Shown piece by piece: positions 19,488 through 29,462 of a DNA stretch of 46,342 nucleotides. A model generated the notes under the pieces. The model did not search any database. It had not been told where the DNA came from and saw nothing but the letters and a program-made list of their open reading frames with translations. Position 1 is the stretch's first letter, and each line of letters starts with the position of its first letter. The DNA is from Verrucomicrobiales bacterium (GTDB lineage: Bacteria; Verrucomicrobiota; Verrucomicrobiia; Verrucomicrobiales; V1-33): the NCBI GenBank assembly GCA_031411295.1, contig JANOAV010000184.1, positions 1 to 46,342 on the forward strand. The letters are read 5' to 3'. The translations under genes were made by a program, and so were the position numbers.

Positions 19488-19670
19488 GAAGGGAGACGGG
19501 CGGCCCCCCTCGGGACGCCAAACTCGGTTGCGCGAAATAGCTCCAAACACGCGGATGCGTGATGACAGAGTTTTAGCTTTCAGCGTCGCAAGGTTCGTGC
19601 TAGGCCGAGATCGTGCTAGTCTCCACTTTTTGACTGGCCTTAATTAACCAACACTTCAATCAACATCCCT

Positions 19671-20138
19671 ATGCTTAAAGAATTCAAAAACTTCATCCTC
19701 AAAGGCAACGTCATCGATCTCTCCACTGGCGTAATCATCGGGGCGGCCTTCGGAGCCATCGTCACGGCCTTCTCCAAAGGAATCGTCGAGCCAATTCTGG
19801 CTCTCGCTGGCAATGGCCCGAATCCAAAGCTGAGCGTTCCCATCATGGAGAAAGCCATGGAAGTCGCCAAAATGGGCGCAGACGGCAAACCGGTGATGGA
19901 TGCGGCCGGCAAACCAGCGATGGAGACCGTCACCAAACTCATCGAACTGGATCTGGGCGTCATCATTGGAGCGATCATCAGTTTCCTGATCACCGCCGCC
20001 GTGGTCTTCTTCGTAATCATCAAGCCAGTAAATAAGCTCTTGGCGATGACTAAGAAAGCGGAAGCCCAAGCTCCTCCAGCTCCACCCGCAGCAGACATCG
20101 CCCTGCTGACGGAAATTCGCGATTTACTGAAGAAGTAG
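19671..20138 (+). CDS. mscL: Large-conductance mechanosensitive channel
   Basis: MLKEFKNFILKGNVIDL..GVIIGAAF, LLTEIRDLLKK. Confidence 0.96.
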   Translation: MLKEFKNFILKGNVIDLSTGVIIGAAFGAIVTAFSKGIVEPILALAGNGPNPKLSVPIMEKAMEVAKMGADGKPVMDAAGKPAMETVTKLIELDLGVIIGAIISFLITAAVVFFVIIKPVNKLLAMTKKAEAQAPPAPPAADIALLTEIRDLLKK

Positions 20139-20168
20139 CATCCAAAGCTACGCCCCTTAACCCTTTCG

Positions 20169-20199
20169 TCCCGCACCTTCATCGAGGTGCGGGATTTTT
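20169..20199 (+). terminator. Rho-independent terminator after mscL
   Basis: TCCCGCACCT-TCATCG-AGGTGCGGGA followed by TTTTT. Confidence 0.85.
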
Positions 20200-20294
20200 G
20201 TGGCCCGATTTCTGTAGCGTGATCGGTCCTCGCCCCCCGCGAATTAGTAACTAAATTGATTGCAGAAAGGTGACGAATCCATCAGAAGGGAGGA

Positions 20295-21632
20295 ATGCGT
20301 AAGTTATCGATTTCCCTCCTATTTCTGGCCAACCCTGTTTTCGCAGGCACTTTTACGACGGCACCGCTCACAGGAGATGGCGACTCCGGGATCAGCGGGG
20401 CCACCAGTTACACCCATGCGATCGATTTGGGCGCGGCCGGGAACGTGACCGTTAATGGGGCGGTTTTCACGGGAGGATTTGCTGGCGGCACCAACACCTA
20501 CGGCATGACTGGGGCGGACAATACGCTTCCAGCTTGGGCGGGTTCAGGGGTGACCGGTGCCACCGCGGGCCTCTTCAATGGTTTTCAATACAATGGCACA
20601 GGTGGCGGAGAGACGTTGACGCTGAACAACCTGCGCATCGGCCAGACTTACACGACCACCTTTTACAACGCGGTGTGGGGCGGACCGCGTTCGCAGAATA
20701 TCACGACGAGTGACGGCGGAACCGTCACCTTTGATGCCGACGCCCAAGGCGGTGGCAGCTTGCTGAAATACAACTTCACAGCCACCAGCAACTCACTGAC
20801 CTACAATTTTGCGCCTAACCAAGTGGCCTCTTTTCACCAGTATGCTTTCAGTAATGAAGTGGCTGGGTATAAGTCTCTGCTCACGGACAATTTTTATGCT
20901 CCCAGCAATCCGAACACGCTTGACCTAAATTTCAACCTAGCCGCGCGCCAAGGCGGGTCACTCGTGACCACCGGCGGCCCTATTGCTTGGGTCGGGGTCA
21001 ACAACACCCAGCTCGGAAACCCAACTGGTGGGATCGACAATGGGAACTACCTGCTCAATGCCTTTGGCACCGGCAATGCCGCCCTAGACCGCAACTTCAA
21101 TGGCAGCGCTTCCCAAGGCGGTCTCTCCATCTCCTTCGATGTCGAACCCAATTCCACTGACAATCCAGATAACTCCCAATGGCAAGCCCTCAACATCGGT
21201 CAGGATGCCGCTAACAAGAACGATTTTGTCAACGCGGGGAATCCCCATCTAGGCCTGATCTTCCGCGGGGATGGGCGTCTGGAGATCTGGGATGGCGGTA
21301 ACAACCTTACCCCGGTGAACCCCAACTATAGTGGCAGCATCGTGAACCAACTCACACACATCGAGCTGCTGATCACCGATCCGACGGATGCCAATCCGTT
21401 TGATGGCGTCGGCCAGACGGATGTCTCCATCTACTCCAACGGAGTCCTCGCCTACAGTGTAAGCAAGCTAGGTGGGTATGCCAATAATTACATTAATTTC
21501 CACAACTCCTACATCGGCGGAGTGGACAATTTGAACATTGCGCAAATTCCGGAATCGAGTGTCCTCACGCTCTCCGGCCTGGCCATTGGGTTGGTCCTCA
21601 GGCGTAAACGCACTGAATCCTCCCGGAGCTAA
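20295..21632 (+). CDS. PEP-CTERM sorting domain surface protein
   Basis: Signal peptide, G/N/T-rich beta domains, C-terminal IPESS + hydrophobic helix + RRKR. Confidence 0.88.
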   Translation: MRKLSISLLFLANPVFAGTFTTAPLTGDGDSGISGATSYTHAIDLGAAGNVTVNGAVFTGGFAGGTNTYGMTGADNTLPAWAGSGVTGATAGLFNGFQYNGTGGGETLTLNNLRIGQTYTTTFYNAVWGGPRSQNITTSDGGTVTFDADAQGGGSLLKYNFTATSNSLTYNFAPNQVASFHQYAFSNEVAGYKSLLTDNFYAPSNPNTLDLNFNLAARQGGSLVTTGGPIAWVGVNNTQLGNPTGGIDNGNYLLNAFGTGNAALDRNFNGSASQGGLSISFDVEPNSTDNPDNSQWQALNIGQDAANKNDFVNAGNPHLGLIFRGDGRLEIWDGGNNLTPVNPNYSGSIVNQLTHIELLITDPTDANPFDGVGQTDVSIYSNGVLAYSVSKLGGYANNYINFHNSYIGGVDNLNIAQIPESSVLTLSGLAIGLVLRRKRTESSRS

Positions 21633-21750
21633 CTGGCGGCATCCCTCATCCGACAACTCCCCAGCCGTGGATTGGGCTCTTTGTGGAGGTCTCGGTTCCC
21701 CTCTTTTTCCGGTTCAAATAGCCGCTTGTGAAAAATTTCACAAATACAGC

Positions 21751-21779
21751 TTGCGAATTGCCCCCTCGACCGCTAATTC
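21751..21779 (+). promoter_or_regulatory. Possible sigma70-type promoter for atpAG
   Basis: TTGCGA-17 bp-TAATTC with an AT-rich upstream tract. Confidence 0.3.
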
Positions 21780-21904
21780 CGTGCCCTCCGAATTATTTTG
21801 ATCGTGACAATCGGGTCATTTTTCTGTGCGCTAATTTTTGCGCCAGTCGGCCCCATTCACACCTGTTTTTCTCCTGAAATCTGTAACATCGTAACTCCCA
21901 TCTC

Positions 21905-23434
21905 ATGAGCTCCATTCTCCAAGAACTTGAATCGCAAATTGCCGGACTTAAAACCTCCGTCCAGAAGACTAATGTCGGCACCGTCCGTGAAATCGGAGAC
22001 GGCGTAGCCAAGGTCGAAGGCCTGTCCGACGTGATGCTCAATGAAATGATCGACTTCGGCAACGGCCTCTATGGTCTGGCGCTGAACCTCGAAGAAACCG
22101 AAGTGGGTGTCGTGCTCCTCGGCAATGGTGAAAAAGTGAAATCTGGCGACGAAGTCAAGACCACTGGCCGCCTCCTCTCCGTTCCTGTCGGCAAATGCAT
22201 GCTCGGCCGCGTGGTCAACGCTCTGGGTGAAGCCATCGACGGCAAAGGTGCCATCAAGTCCGATCTGCTCTATCCAGTGGAAAAGATCGCCCCAGGGATT
22301 ATTACCCGGAAATCCGTTTCCCAGCCCGTGCAAACCGGCATTATGGCCATCGACGCCATGATTCCAATCGGCCGTGGTCAGCGTGAACTGATCATTGGTG
22401 ACCGTTCCACCGGCAAGACCACCATCGCAGTGGACACCATCATTTCCCAAGCCAAGCAAAACAAGATGGCCGAGCAAGGGAAGCTCAAGGACCACCGTCC
22501 GCTCTATTGCATCTACGTCGCCATCGGCCAGAAGCAATCCAACGTCGCCCGAGTGGTTGCTACGCTGGAAGAAGCTGGTGCCATGGAATACACCTGCGTG
22601 ATCTCCGCCTCCGCTTCCGATACCGCCACCAACCAATATTTGGCTCCTTACACCGGTTGCTCCATTGGTGAATACTTCATGGACAACGGCATGGACGCCC
22701 TCATCGTCTTCGATGACCTTTCCAAGCACGCTGTGGCTTACCGCCAAGTGTCTCTGGTGCTCAAGCGTCCGTCCGGTCGGGAAGCGTATCCTGGCGACGT
22801 GTTCTATCTCCATAGCCGCTTGCTGGAACGTTCCGCCCGCGTTTCCGAAACCTACGGTGGTGGTTCCCTGACCGCTCTGCCAGTCATCGAAACCCAAGCT
22901 GGCGACGTCTCCGCTTACATTCCGACAAACGTTATTTCCATTACCGACGGCCAGATTTACTTGGAAACAGACTTGTTCTACCAAGGTATCCGCCCTGCAA
23001 TTTCCGTTGGTCTCTCCGTGAGCCGGGTGGGATCCGCCGCGCAAACGAAGGCCATTAAGAAAGTGGCCGGCACCACCAAGCTGGACCTCGCCCAGTTCCG
23101 TGAGTTGGCCGCCTTCGCTCAGTTCGGTTCCGATCTGGATGCCGCCACCAAGGCGAAGCTGGACCGCGGTGCCCGTATCGTGGAACTCTTCAAACAACAG
23201 CAATATCTCCCCAAGAGCCTGGAAATCGAAGTCGCCAACCTTTACGCCATGCAAAAAGGTTACTTCGACGACGTGCCCGTGGATCGCATCCGCGAGTGCC
23301 AAGGCAAGATGGAAGAATACCTCCAAACCCGCAAGGAAACCCTCCTCGACACGATTCGTAACGAAAAGACGATCGAGAAGTGCGAAGGAGATCTGAAGCA
23401 AGCGATCGAAGACTTCAAAGCCACTTGGAAATAA
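21905..23434 (+). CDS. atpA: F1 ATP synthase subunit alpha
   Basis: [48 protein letters not shown]. Confidence 0.98.
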   Translation: MSSILQELESQIAGLKTSVQKTNVGTVREIGDGVAKVEGLSDVMLNEMIDFGNGLYGLALNLEETEVGVVLLGNGEKVKSGDEVKTTGRLLSVPVGKCMLGRVVNALGEAIDGKGAIKSDLLYPVEKIAPGIITRKSVSQPVQTGIMAIDAMIPIGRGQRELIIGDRSTGKTTIAVDTIISQAKQNKMAEQGKLKDHRPLYCIYVAIGQKQSNVARVVATLEEAGAMEYTCVISASASDTATNQYLAPYTGCSIGEYFMDNGMDALIVFDDLSKHAVAYRQVSLVLKRPSGREAYPGDVFYLHSRLLERSARVSETYGGGSLTALPVIETQAGDVSAYIPTNVISITDGQIYLETDLFYQGIRPAISVGLSVSRVGSAAQTKAIKKVAGTTKLDLAQFRELAAFAQFGSDLDAATKAKLDRGARIVELFKQQQYLPKSLEIEVANLYAMQKGYFDDVPVDRIRECQGKMEEYLQTRKETLLDTIRNEKTIEKCEGDLKQAIEDFKATWK

Positions 23435-23497
23435 GTGACCCGAGCCTCGAGTAGCCCTTACTCTTTTCTCACTTACTAACCCACTCTCTCACTCGTC

Positions 23498-24397
23498 ATG
23501 GCTAGCACACGCGATATCCGCCGCCGCATCAAGTCGGTCAAGAATACCTCCCAAATCACCAAAGCCATGCAACTTGTTGCAGCGGCCAAGATGAAGAAGG
23601 CGCAAGACCAGGCTGTGGCTGGTCGTGCCTATGCGGACATGATGAATCAAGTGCTGGTAAGTCTGAAGGATAAGATTGAGGACACCGCCCACCCCTTCTT
23701 TGCCGAAGGCGCAGGCGCCAAGGATCTGGTGGTCGTTATCACCACCGACAAGGGTCTGTGCGGCGCGTTGAACACCAATTTGCTGCGTAAAGTTTACCAA
23801 GCGTTTCCTGCCTCGGGCACGGAGGTGGACTTCATTTCCATGGGCCGCAAAGGTTCCCAGCAGTTGAGTCGCTTAAAACGGAATCTTGCCGCTGAATTCA
23901 GCGTCAAAGATCCCGCTAAATTCCCCGAAGTCCGCACGATCGGTAATTTTCTCCAGGAGAAATTCCTGTCAGGAGAATATCGCAGCGTGAAGGTAGCCTT
24001 CAGCAACTTCATTAACACTGTGAACGTGCAACCAGCACTGGAAACCCTGCTCCCAGTGAATCCTGTGACCCTTGGCGGCAAACGCGCCTATGAAGGCATG
24101 GGCAGCGCCTTGGAAACCAAGGAAGCCACCGCCCTGAGCCCGCAATATACCTTCGAGCCCAGCCCAGCCGACGTCTTCAAAGCGATCCTGCCGCAATACG
24201 TGAACAACACCCTGTTCCAAATGATGCTGGAATCCCGCGCCAGCGAGCACTCCAGCCGAATGGTCGCCATGAAAAACGCGACGGACAACGCCAAGCAAAT
24301 GCTCAAGGACCTCAGCTTGGAATACAACAAGCTCCGTCAAGCCAGCATCACCAACGAACTGCTGGAAATCACCACCGCCAAGATGGCGCTGGAGTAA
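23498..24397 (+). CDS. atpG: F1 ATP synthase subunit gamma
   Basis: IRRRIKSVKNTSQITKAM, DKGLCG, ASEHSSRMVAM, YNKLRQASITNEL. Confidence 0.98.
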   Translation: MASTRDIRRRIKSVKNTSQITKAMQLVAAAKMKKAQDQAVAGRAYADMMNQVLVSLKDKIEDTAHPFFAEGAGAKDLVVVITTDKGLCGALNTNLLRKVYQAFPASGTEVDFISMGRKGSQQLSRLKRNLAAEFSVKDPAKFPEVRTIGNFLQEKFLSGEYRSVKVAFSNFINTVNVQPALETLLPVNPVTLGGKRAYEGMGSALETKEATALSPQYTFEPSPADVFKAILPQYVNNTLFQMMLESRASEHSSRMVAMKNATDNAKQMLKDLSLEYNKLRQASITNELLEITTAKMALE

Positions 24398-24407
24398 GAC
24401 GGCACGC

Positions 24408-24455
24408 GTAGTCCCGCCCCCCGTGTGTGTTCCGCCGCCTCAAGGCCGGGACGAC
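24408..24455. repeat. Degenerate GTAG-type REP doublet
   Basis: GTAGTCCCGCC (24408) ... CCGCCTCAAGGCCGGGACGAC (24435-24455); outer 9 bp 8/9 complementary. Confidence 0.4.
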
Positions 24456-24511
24456 AGGGCACGTTCCCAATAAACGCCCCACTGGTCAGAATGACTGAGG
24501 CTAAGCGGGAT

Positions 24512-24680
24512 TGGTAAAAAATTGGTGGTAAAAGATGAGAGAGATGGTGAAGATGGGACAAGTTCAGATCTCCTTGTCCCCTTTACCTCGAGAGCCTTTC
24601 TTTCATCCGTTCGCATCAGAACACCTCCAACCTTGGTTGGCATTGCTTCGGCTTAATTTTTTACCACCAATCTTTTACCA
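24512..24680. repeat. MITE-like element with 25-bp terminal inverted repeats and an inner hairpin
   Basis: TGGTAAAAAATTGGTGGTAAAAGAT (24512-24536) vs ATTTTTTACCACCAATCTTTTACCA (24656-24680), 23/25 complementary; inner GGGACAAG..CTTGTCCC (24555-24580). Confidence 0.7.
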
Positions 24681-24812
24681 GCTAATCCAGATGGAGGATA
24701 ATCCGGATGTCACACAGCTAGTGCGGCGGATCCTTGGTCTCATTAACGACTAAATTTTGTTGTTGCATTTTTCTTGCATTAGAGAATGCTGCGCAATAAT
24801 CTCTGCGCTACC

Positions 24813-26012
24813 ATGATCCGATCCAGTTCTCCCATTGCTCATCTCCTTTTGGCCTCCGCCTTTGCAGGTGGCACGAATACACTTGGAGCGGCTCCATCAG
24901 AACCCAATTGGGTAACGGGAGAAGATGTTAGTGCAGGAGGAGTGTTATTCCCTCACCTCCACGTCTTCGGAGTTTACGGGAAGAGTTCGGGAGACGAGGG
25001 CTCGCTGGCCGTCGGGCATCACGATCCTGCCAGCGAGGGGTTCACGTTGAATCTGGAAGGCGGGTTCTCGTTGCGCGCCGGTGAGCATGCTGAAGGGTTC
25101 ACGACTTATGCGCTGCGTTGGGATGACGAGGAACAAACTTGGGAAAGAGAGTTTGAGGAATGGTTTCTCAAGGCCAAGGATCTTCCCGGAGGCTTGGATC
25201 TACGCGGCGGTCAGTATTTGAATCGCTTCGGCTTGCAAAATACCTATCACCATCACGGATGGGATTTCGTCGATCAAAATTTAGTTTCTGGTCGCTTCTT
25301 GGGCGATGACGGCATGGCCACCCAGGGGGGCGAAGTCACTTGGAAACTCCCTTTTGACAGCCTGACCTACACCAGTCTGCTCAGCCTCAGCATCGGCCAA
25401 GCCGTGACGCACGAGGAGGAAGAGGAGGAACATGGCGACGGGCCTGAGCCAGCCTACGAGGGCCACGCCGCCGCCTTTTCCGGGCCGCTGCTGGTGGCGA
25501 ATTGGACGAATTTGTATCAACTGAACGACTTCCATTCCCTGCGGGCCGGAGCATCCTATGCCCGAGGGGAAAACGAATGGGGCCGCCACAGCACCATTTA
25601 CGGCACCCATCTGGAATACCAATGGAAAGCCAACGGGTTGGAAGCTGGAGGAAACTATTTCCGCTGGCGCAATGAGATCATGCTGTGGGATCTCCAGGCT
25701 GTAGCCTCCGAGTCCAAGCAAACCCGATCGCTCAGCGAATGGGGGGCTTATAGTTCCCTAACCTATGGCATCGCTACCGCAAACGCAGGGGTTATCGAAC
25801 CCAGCTTGCGTTTCGATTATGTGCAGGGGATTGCTGCGGCGGAGCTGGACGAGCGCTGGCGCTTGAGCCCAGCGCTAACTTGGAGCCCATTCCGCAATCG
25901 CACAGTGGAAATTCGTCTGCAATACAACTATGATCACTCCTCCATCGAAGGAACCTCCCACGGCCTCTGGGCGCAGGTGGGCTTTAATTGGGGCGGACCT
26001 GAAGTTCGGTAA
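24813..26012 (+). CDS. Outer-membrane beta-barrel protein, probable metal-uptake porin
   Basis: Signal peptide, GHHDP, RFGLQNTYHHHGWDFVD, His/Glu tract HEEEEEEH, IRLQYNYD; upstream of a metal SBP. Confidence 0.78.
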   Translation: MIRSSSPIAHLLLASAFAGGTNTLGAAPSEPNWVTGEDVSAGGVLFPHLHVFGVYGKSSGDEGSLAVGHHDPASEGFTLNLEGGFSLRAGEHAEGFTTYALRWDDEEQTWEREFEEWFLKAKDLPGGLDLRGGQYLNRFGLQNTYHHHGWDFVDQNLVSGRFLGDDGMATQGGEVTWKLPFDSLTYTSLLSLSIGQAVTHEEEEEEHGDGPEPAYEGHAAAFSGPLLVANWTNLYQLNDFHSLRAGASYARGENEWGRHSTIYGTHLEYQWKANGLEAGGNYFRWRNEIMLWDLQAVASESKQTRSLSEWGAYSSLTYGIATANAGVIEPSLRFDYVQGIAAAELDERWRLSPALTWSPFRNRTVEIRLQYNYDHSSIEGTSHGLWAQVGFNWGGPEVR

Positions 26013-26037
26013 ATTTTAATCAACCTCCCAGCACCTC

Positions 26038-26943
26038 ATGAAACGTCGTCTCTTAACGCTCGCCTCCCTTCTGCTCTGCCACACTGGAGCCCTCGCCCAG
26101 TCGAAGTTGGCCGTGGCTTCGCTCCATCCCATGCTGACCGATCTGGCGCAGCAAGTGGGCGGAGCCAACGTCAGCGTCCGCGCCATCCTTCCGCCCGGCA
26201 CGGACGTCCACACCTTCAATCCCTCGCCTGCCCAGGTGAAAGAAATTTCCTCCTGCCGCTTGGTGCTCGCTTCTGGCAAGCACCTGGAATCTTATCTGGA
26301 GAAGCTGAAGGACAACCTTGGCACCGGAACGGCCATCGTGGAAGTGGGGCGCACCATTCCCAGCCTGGTCATCAACGCCAAGGACAGCGCGTTCCTTTGC
26401 TGCCCGGAGCACGCTTCCGGGGCGCTGGATCCTCACTGGTGGAATAGCCTCGAAAACATGAGCCGTGCCGCCGAAGTCGTCGCCAGCGAATTCGCCAAAG
26501 CCGATCCTGCGCACGCCGACGATTACCAAGCCAACGCCAAGGCTTATCGTGCCACGTTGGACGAACTCAAGAAGTGGGCGAAAAAGGAAATCAGCCAGAT
26601 TCCCAGCAGCCAACGCATCATTCCTACCGCCCACTTGGCATTAAGTTACTTCGCCAAGGAGTTCGGCTTCAAACTTCTCCCCATCCAAGGTCTGAGCACG
26701 CAAACTCAAGCCTCCAGCCAGGAAGTAGCCGAAGCCGTCAGCAAAATAAAGTCCACCGGTGTGCCCGTCATTTTCCAAGAAGCCGGCACCAACTCCAAAC
26801 ATCTGGAAGAAATCATCCGCGAAACCGGCGTTAAAAAAGGCGGTGAACTCATAGCAGATGGTAACGGCACCGGAGCCCGCCTAGGCTTCGTCGCCAGCTT
26901 CCGTCATAACATCACCACGCTGGTGGCGGGATTGAAGCAGTAG
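26038..26943 (+). CDS. Metal ABC transporter substrate-binding protein (ZnuA/MntC/TroA family)
   Basis: PPGTDVHTFNPSP, LDPHWW, TAHLALSYFAKEFG. Confidence 0.92.
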   Translation: MKRRLLTLASLLLCHTGALAQSKLAVASLHPMLTDLAQQVGGANVSVRAILPPGTDVHTFNPSPAQVKEISSCRLVLASGKHLESYLEKLKDNLGTGTAIVEVGRTIPSLVINAKDSAFLCCPEHASGALDPHWWNSLENMSRAAEVVASEFAKADPAHADDYQANAKAYRATLDELKKWAKKEISQIPSSQRIIPTAHLALSYFAKEFGFKLLPIQGLSTQTQASSQEVAEAVSKIKSTGVPVIFQEAGTNSKHLEEIIRETGVKKGGELIADGNGTGARLGFVASFRHNITTLVAGLKQ

Positions 26944-26958
26944 TTCCGAGCTGTCGCC

Positions 26959-28437
26959 TCACGTCCCACAGAACGTCTCATACCCGCAAGCCTCCGCCCC
27001 CGCTGGCATTTGGTATTCCGGCCGCTCGATGGTGTGGTCAAAGGGATTCGCGAGGATGGTTAGCAAACGATGCAGGACCGAGAAATCATTGTGTTCCACG
27101 GCTGCTTCCAGCGCTTCCTCTACTTTGTGATTCCGGGGAATGAAGGCAGGATTGACGGACTGCATTCGTTCCACCACTGCGCTGGCCGACTCCTCCTGCC
27201 GACTGCGGCGGGCCATCCAGTCTGCATGCCAGGCCCGGAAAGCTTCGTTTTCTAACAAGGAATCCTGCTCCATCGATTCCACGCTGAGCGCGCGGAAGGT
27301 GTTGGTGTGGTCGGCTGAGTTTTGCTGCATCCATTGCAGGAGAGTATCAATCAACGCGCTGTCCTCCGTTTCTTCGTTGAACAGTCCCAACTTCCGCCGC
27401 ATCCCCGCCAGCCAGTGATGCTGGAAACGATTGGGGAAATGATTGATCGCACCATTCGCCAACTCGATGGCCTTTTTCTGATCCTCATGCAGCAATGGCA
27501 GCAACGCCTCAGCCAGTCGAGCCAGATTCCATTGCGCGATGGGTGCTTGATTAGCGTAGGCATAGCGACCATGCTGATCAATGGAACTGAATTTCGTAGC
27601 CGGATCGTAGGTATCCATGAACGCACATGGCCCGTAATCGATGCTCTCTCCGCTCAGCGCCATGTTATCGGTATTCATCACGCCATGGATGAAACCGACG
27701 TGGAACCACTTGGCTATCAACTCCGCCTGGCGCTCCATGACCGCTTCCAGCAAGGCAAGATACGGTTGCTCCGCTGTCGCCAACTCCGGATAGTGTCGCT
27801 TGATGGTATAGTCGGCCAAGGCTTGCAAGGCCGCCTGATCCTGATGCGCGGCTACCCATTCAAACGTCCCCACGCGGATATGACTAGCCGCCACGCGTGT
27901 CAGCACGGCTCCGGGCAGCGGGGTTTGCCGAAACACTAACTCGCCTGTCGTCACCACCGCCAGACTGCGCGTCGTCGGGATGCCGAGAGCGTGCATCGCT
28001 TCGCTGATGACGTATTCGCGCAGCATGGGCCCCAAGACCGCCCGCCCATCGCCCCGGCGCGAATAGCGCGTGGGACCGGAGCCCTTGAGTTGGATATCAA
28101 AGCGTTCTCCCTGCGGCGTCATTTGTTCCCCGAGCAAGATCGCCCGTCCATCTCCCAAGGCCGTGAAATGGCCGAACTGATGCCCGGCATACGCTTGGGC
28201 AATGGGTTCCGCTCCCCTGGGTAACTCATTTCCTGCAAAGATAGCCGCAGCCTCCGGCCGATCCAGCGCATCCGCATCCAACCCCAAGCTCATGGCGAGT
28301 GATCTATTGAAAATTACGCTCCCCGGCTGCGCCACCGTTACCGGCCGACTCCGTTCATAAAACAACGCCGGCAAATTGGCATACGTTAACTCTAAACGCC
28401 AGCCAGCGTTAGTGGGGGAAATCGCGGATGGGTTCAT
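26959..28437 (-). CDS. selO: Protein adenylyltransferase SelO/YdiU
   Basis: AYAGHQFG, LGDGRA, QLKGSGPT.YSRRGDGRA, GFIHGVMNTDN, IDYGP, terminal TFCGT. Confidence 0.95.
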   Translation of the reverse strand: MNPSAISPTNAGWRLELTYANLPALFYERSRPVTVAQPGSVIFNRSLAMSLGLDADALDRPEAAAIFAGNELPRGAEPIAQAYAGHQFGHFTALGDGRAILLGEQMTPQGERFDIQLKGSGPTRYSRRGDGRAVLGPMLREYVISEAMHALGIPTTRSLAVVTTGELVFRQTPLPGAVLTRVAASHIRVGTFEWVAAHQDQAALQALADYTIKRHYPELATAEQPYLALLEAVMERQAELIAKWFHVGFIHGVMNTDNMALSGESIDYGPCAFMDTYDPATKFSSIDQHGRYAYANQAPIAQWNLARLAEALLPLLHEDQKKAIELANGAINHFPNRFQHHWLAGMRRKLGLFNEETEDSALIDTLLQWMQQNSADHTNTFRALSVESMEQDSLLENEAFRAWHADWMARRSRQEESASAVVERMQSVNPAFIPRNHKVEEALEAAVEHNDFSVLHRLLTILANPFDHTIERPEYQMPAGAEACGYETFCGT

Positions 28438-28483
28438 CAGGAATAGGAAATGCGGCAGGATGAGTAGGCTAGCGATTCCTGAT

Positions 28484-29446
28484 CTACTTGACCCGTGCTT
28501 TCATCCATTGCTCCAAGGCTTTCAGGACGTTGGGACGGTCAACGTCATGGAGAATAAGGTGGTAGCTGTCAGGGTAGCAGATTTTTTGCTTATCGGTGGC
28601 AGGGATGGGGCGGTAGAATGCTTCCACTTGGGCGGCGGAAGTGAAGACATCGTTCGGGGTGTAAAATAGCAGGGTGGGCAGGGTAACTTTGCTGGCGGCG
28701 GCATCGCTGGTGCGGACCATCTTATCCACCGCTCGGAAAAGTCGGAGGGTGAAGAATTCCACGTAATGCGGCGTGTGCTCCATTTGTTGTTTGTGGGTGG
28801 TGGAGTTGGTCACTTTCACTTCCCGATCTCCGAGGCTTTCCAAGCTGATGCGTTTCCCCGGCCACACGGCGCAGAGGAAGCGGATGGGCCAGTATTTCCA
28901 AGCAGGAAGATCGTGTCGGAAGGCGATCACGGGAGAGGATAAAATGACCCCGGCCACGAGTTGCTGAGTCTCTCCCAGCTTGGCCAGGCTGTGGATCACA
29001 ATGAGAGACCCCAAGCTCTCGCCATACCAGTAAATCGGCAGTGTGGGATGCTGGGCATGAAGCAGTTGGGTGAACTCCAGGAGGTCCTGCTGCCAGCGTT
29101 GCGCGGAGGAAACGTTGCCGTGCTGGGGCTTCTCCGGATCATTCCCCATGCCGCGTAACTGCATGCCATAGACGAGGATTTCCTGGGTGGATAGCAGATC
29201 CCCTGCGGGCCAGAAATCACTGGCCGCCCCGCTTAAGCCGTGCACGCAGATGACCAACGCCTTGAGCGGAGCGGGTGCGGGTTTGCTCGCATCTGGCCAC
29301 CGGGTGTAAGGCATTTGCTTACCGTCACTAGCGGAAAAATGGTTGGCGTCGAGCTGGCTGGGTTGAGGTTTCACGGCGGTGCATTGGCACAAGAGCAGGG
29401 CGGCTGCCAGGAGAATTAAACCCGAAAACGGAAAGGAGTTAAGCAC
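28484..29446 (-). CDS. Alpha/beta hydrolase (lysophospholipase-like), probably exported
   Basis: VICVHGL, GESLG nucleophile motif, YPDSYHLILH. Confidence 0.85.
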   Translation of the reverse strand: MLNSFPFSGLILLAAALLLCQCTAVKPQPSQLDANHFSASDGKQMPYTRWPDASKPAPAPLKALVICVHGLSGAASDFWPAGDLLSTQEILVYGMQLRGMGNDPEKPQHGNVSSAQRWQQDLLEFTQLLHAQHPTLPIYWYGESLGSLIVIHSLAKLGETQQLVAGVILSSPVIAFRHDLPAWKYWPIRFLCAVWPGKRISLESLGDREVKVTNSTTHKQQMEHTPHYVEFFTLRLFRAVDKMVRTSDAAASKVTLPTLLFYTPNDVFTSAAQVEAFYRPIPATDKQKICYPDSYHLILHDVDRPNVLKALEQWMKARVK

Positions 29447-29462
29447 GAGCTAAAGGCGAGAT

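Noticed and set aside
18579..19550. Long N-terminal extension of the pentapeptide protein (488-aa ORF)
   Set aside because: It overlaps the real plus-strand LolA-like gene in antisense; the plausible start is the ATG at 18578.
21857..23401. 514-aa minus-strand ORF
   Set aside because: Antisense shadow of atpA caused by codon bias; no recognisable motifs.
26959..26970. Selenocysteine read-through in SelO
   Set aside because: The C-terminus is CGT-stop with Cys already at the redox position; the TGA fits a normal stop.
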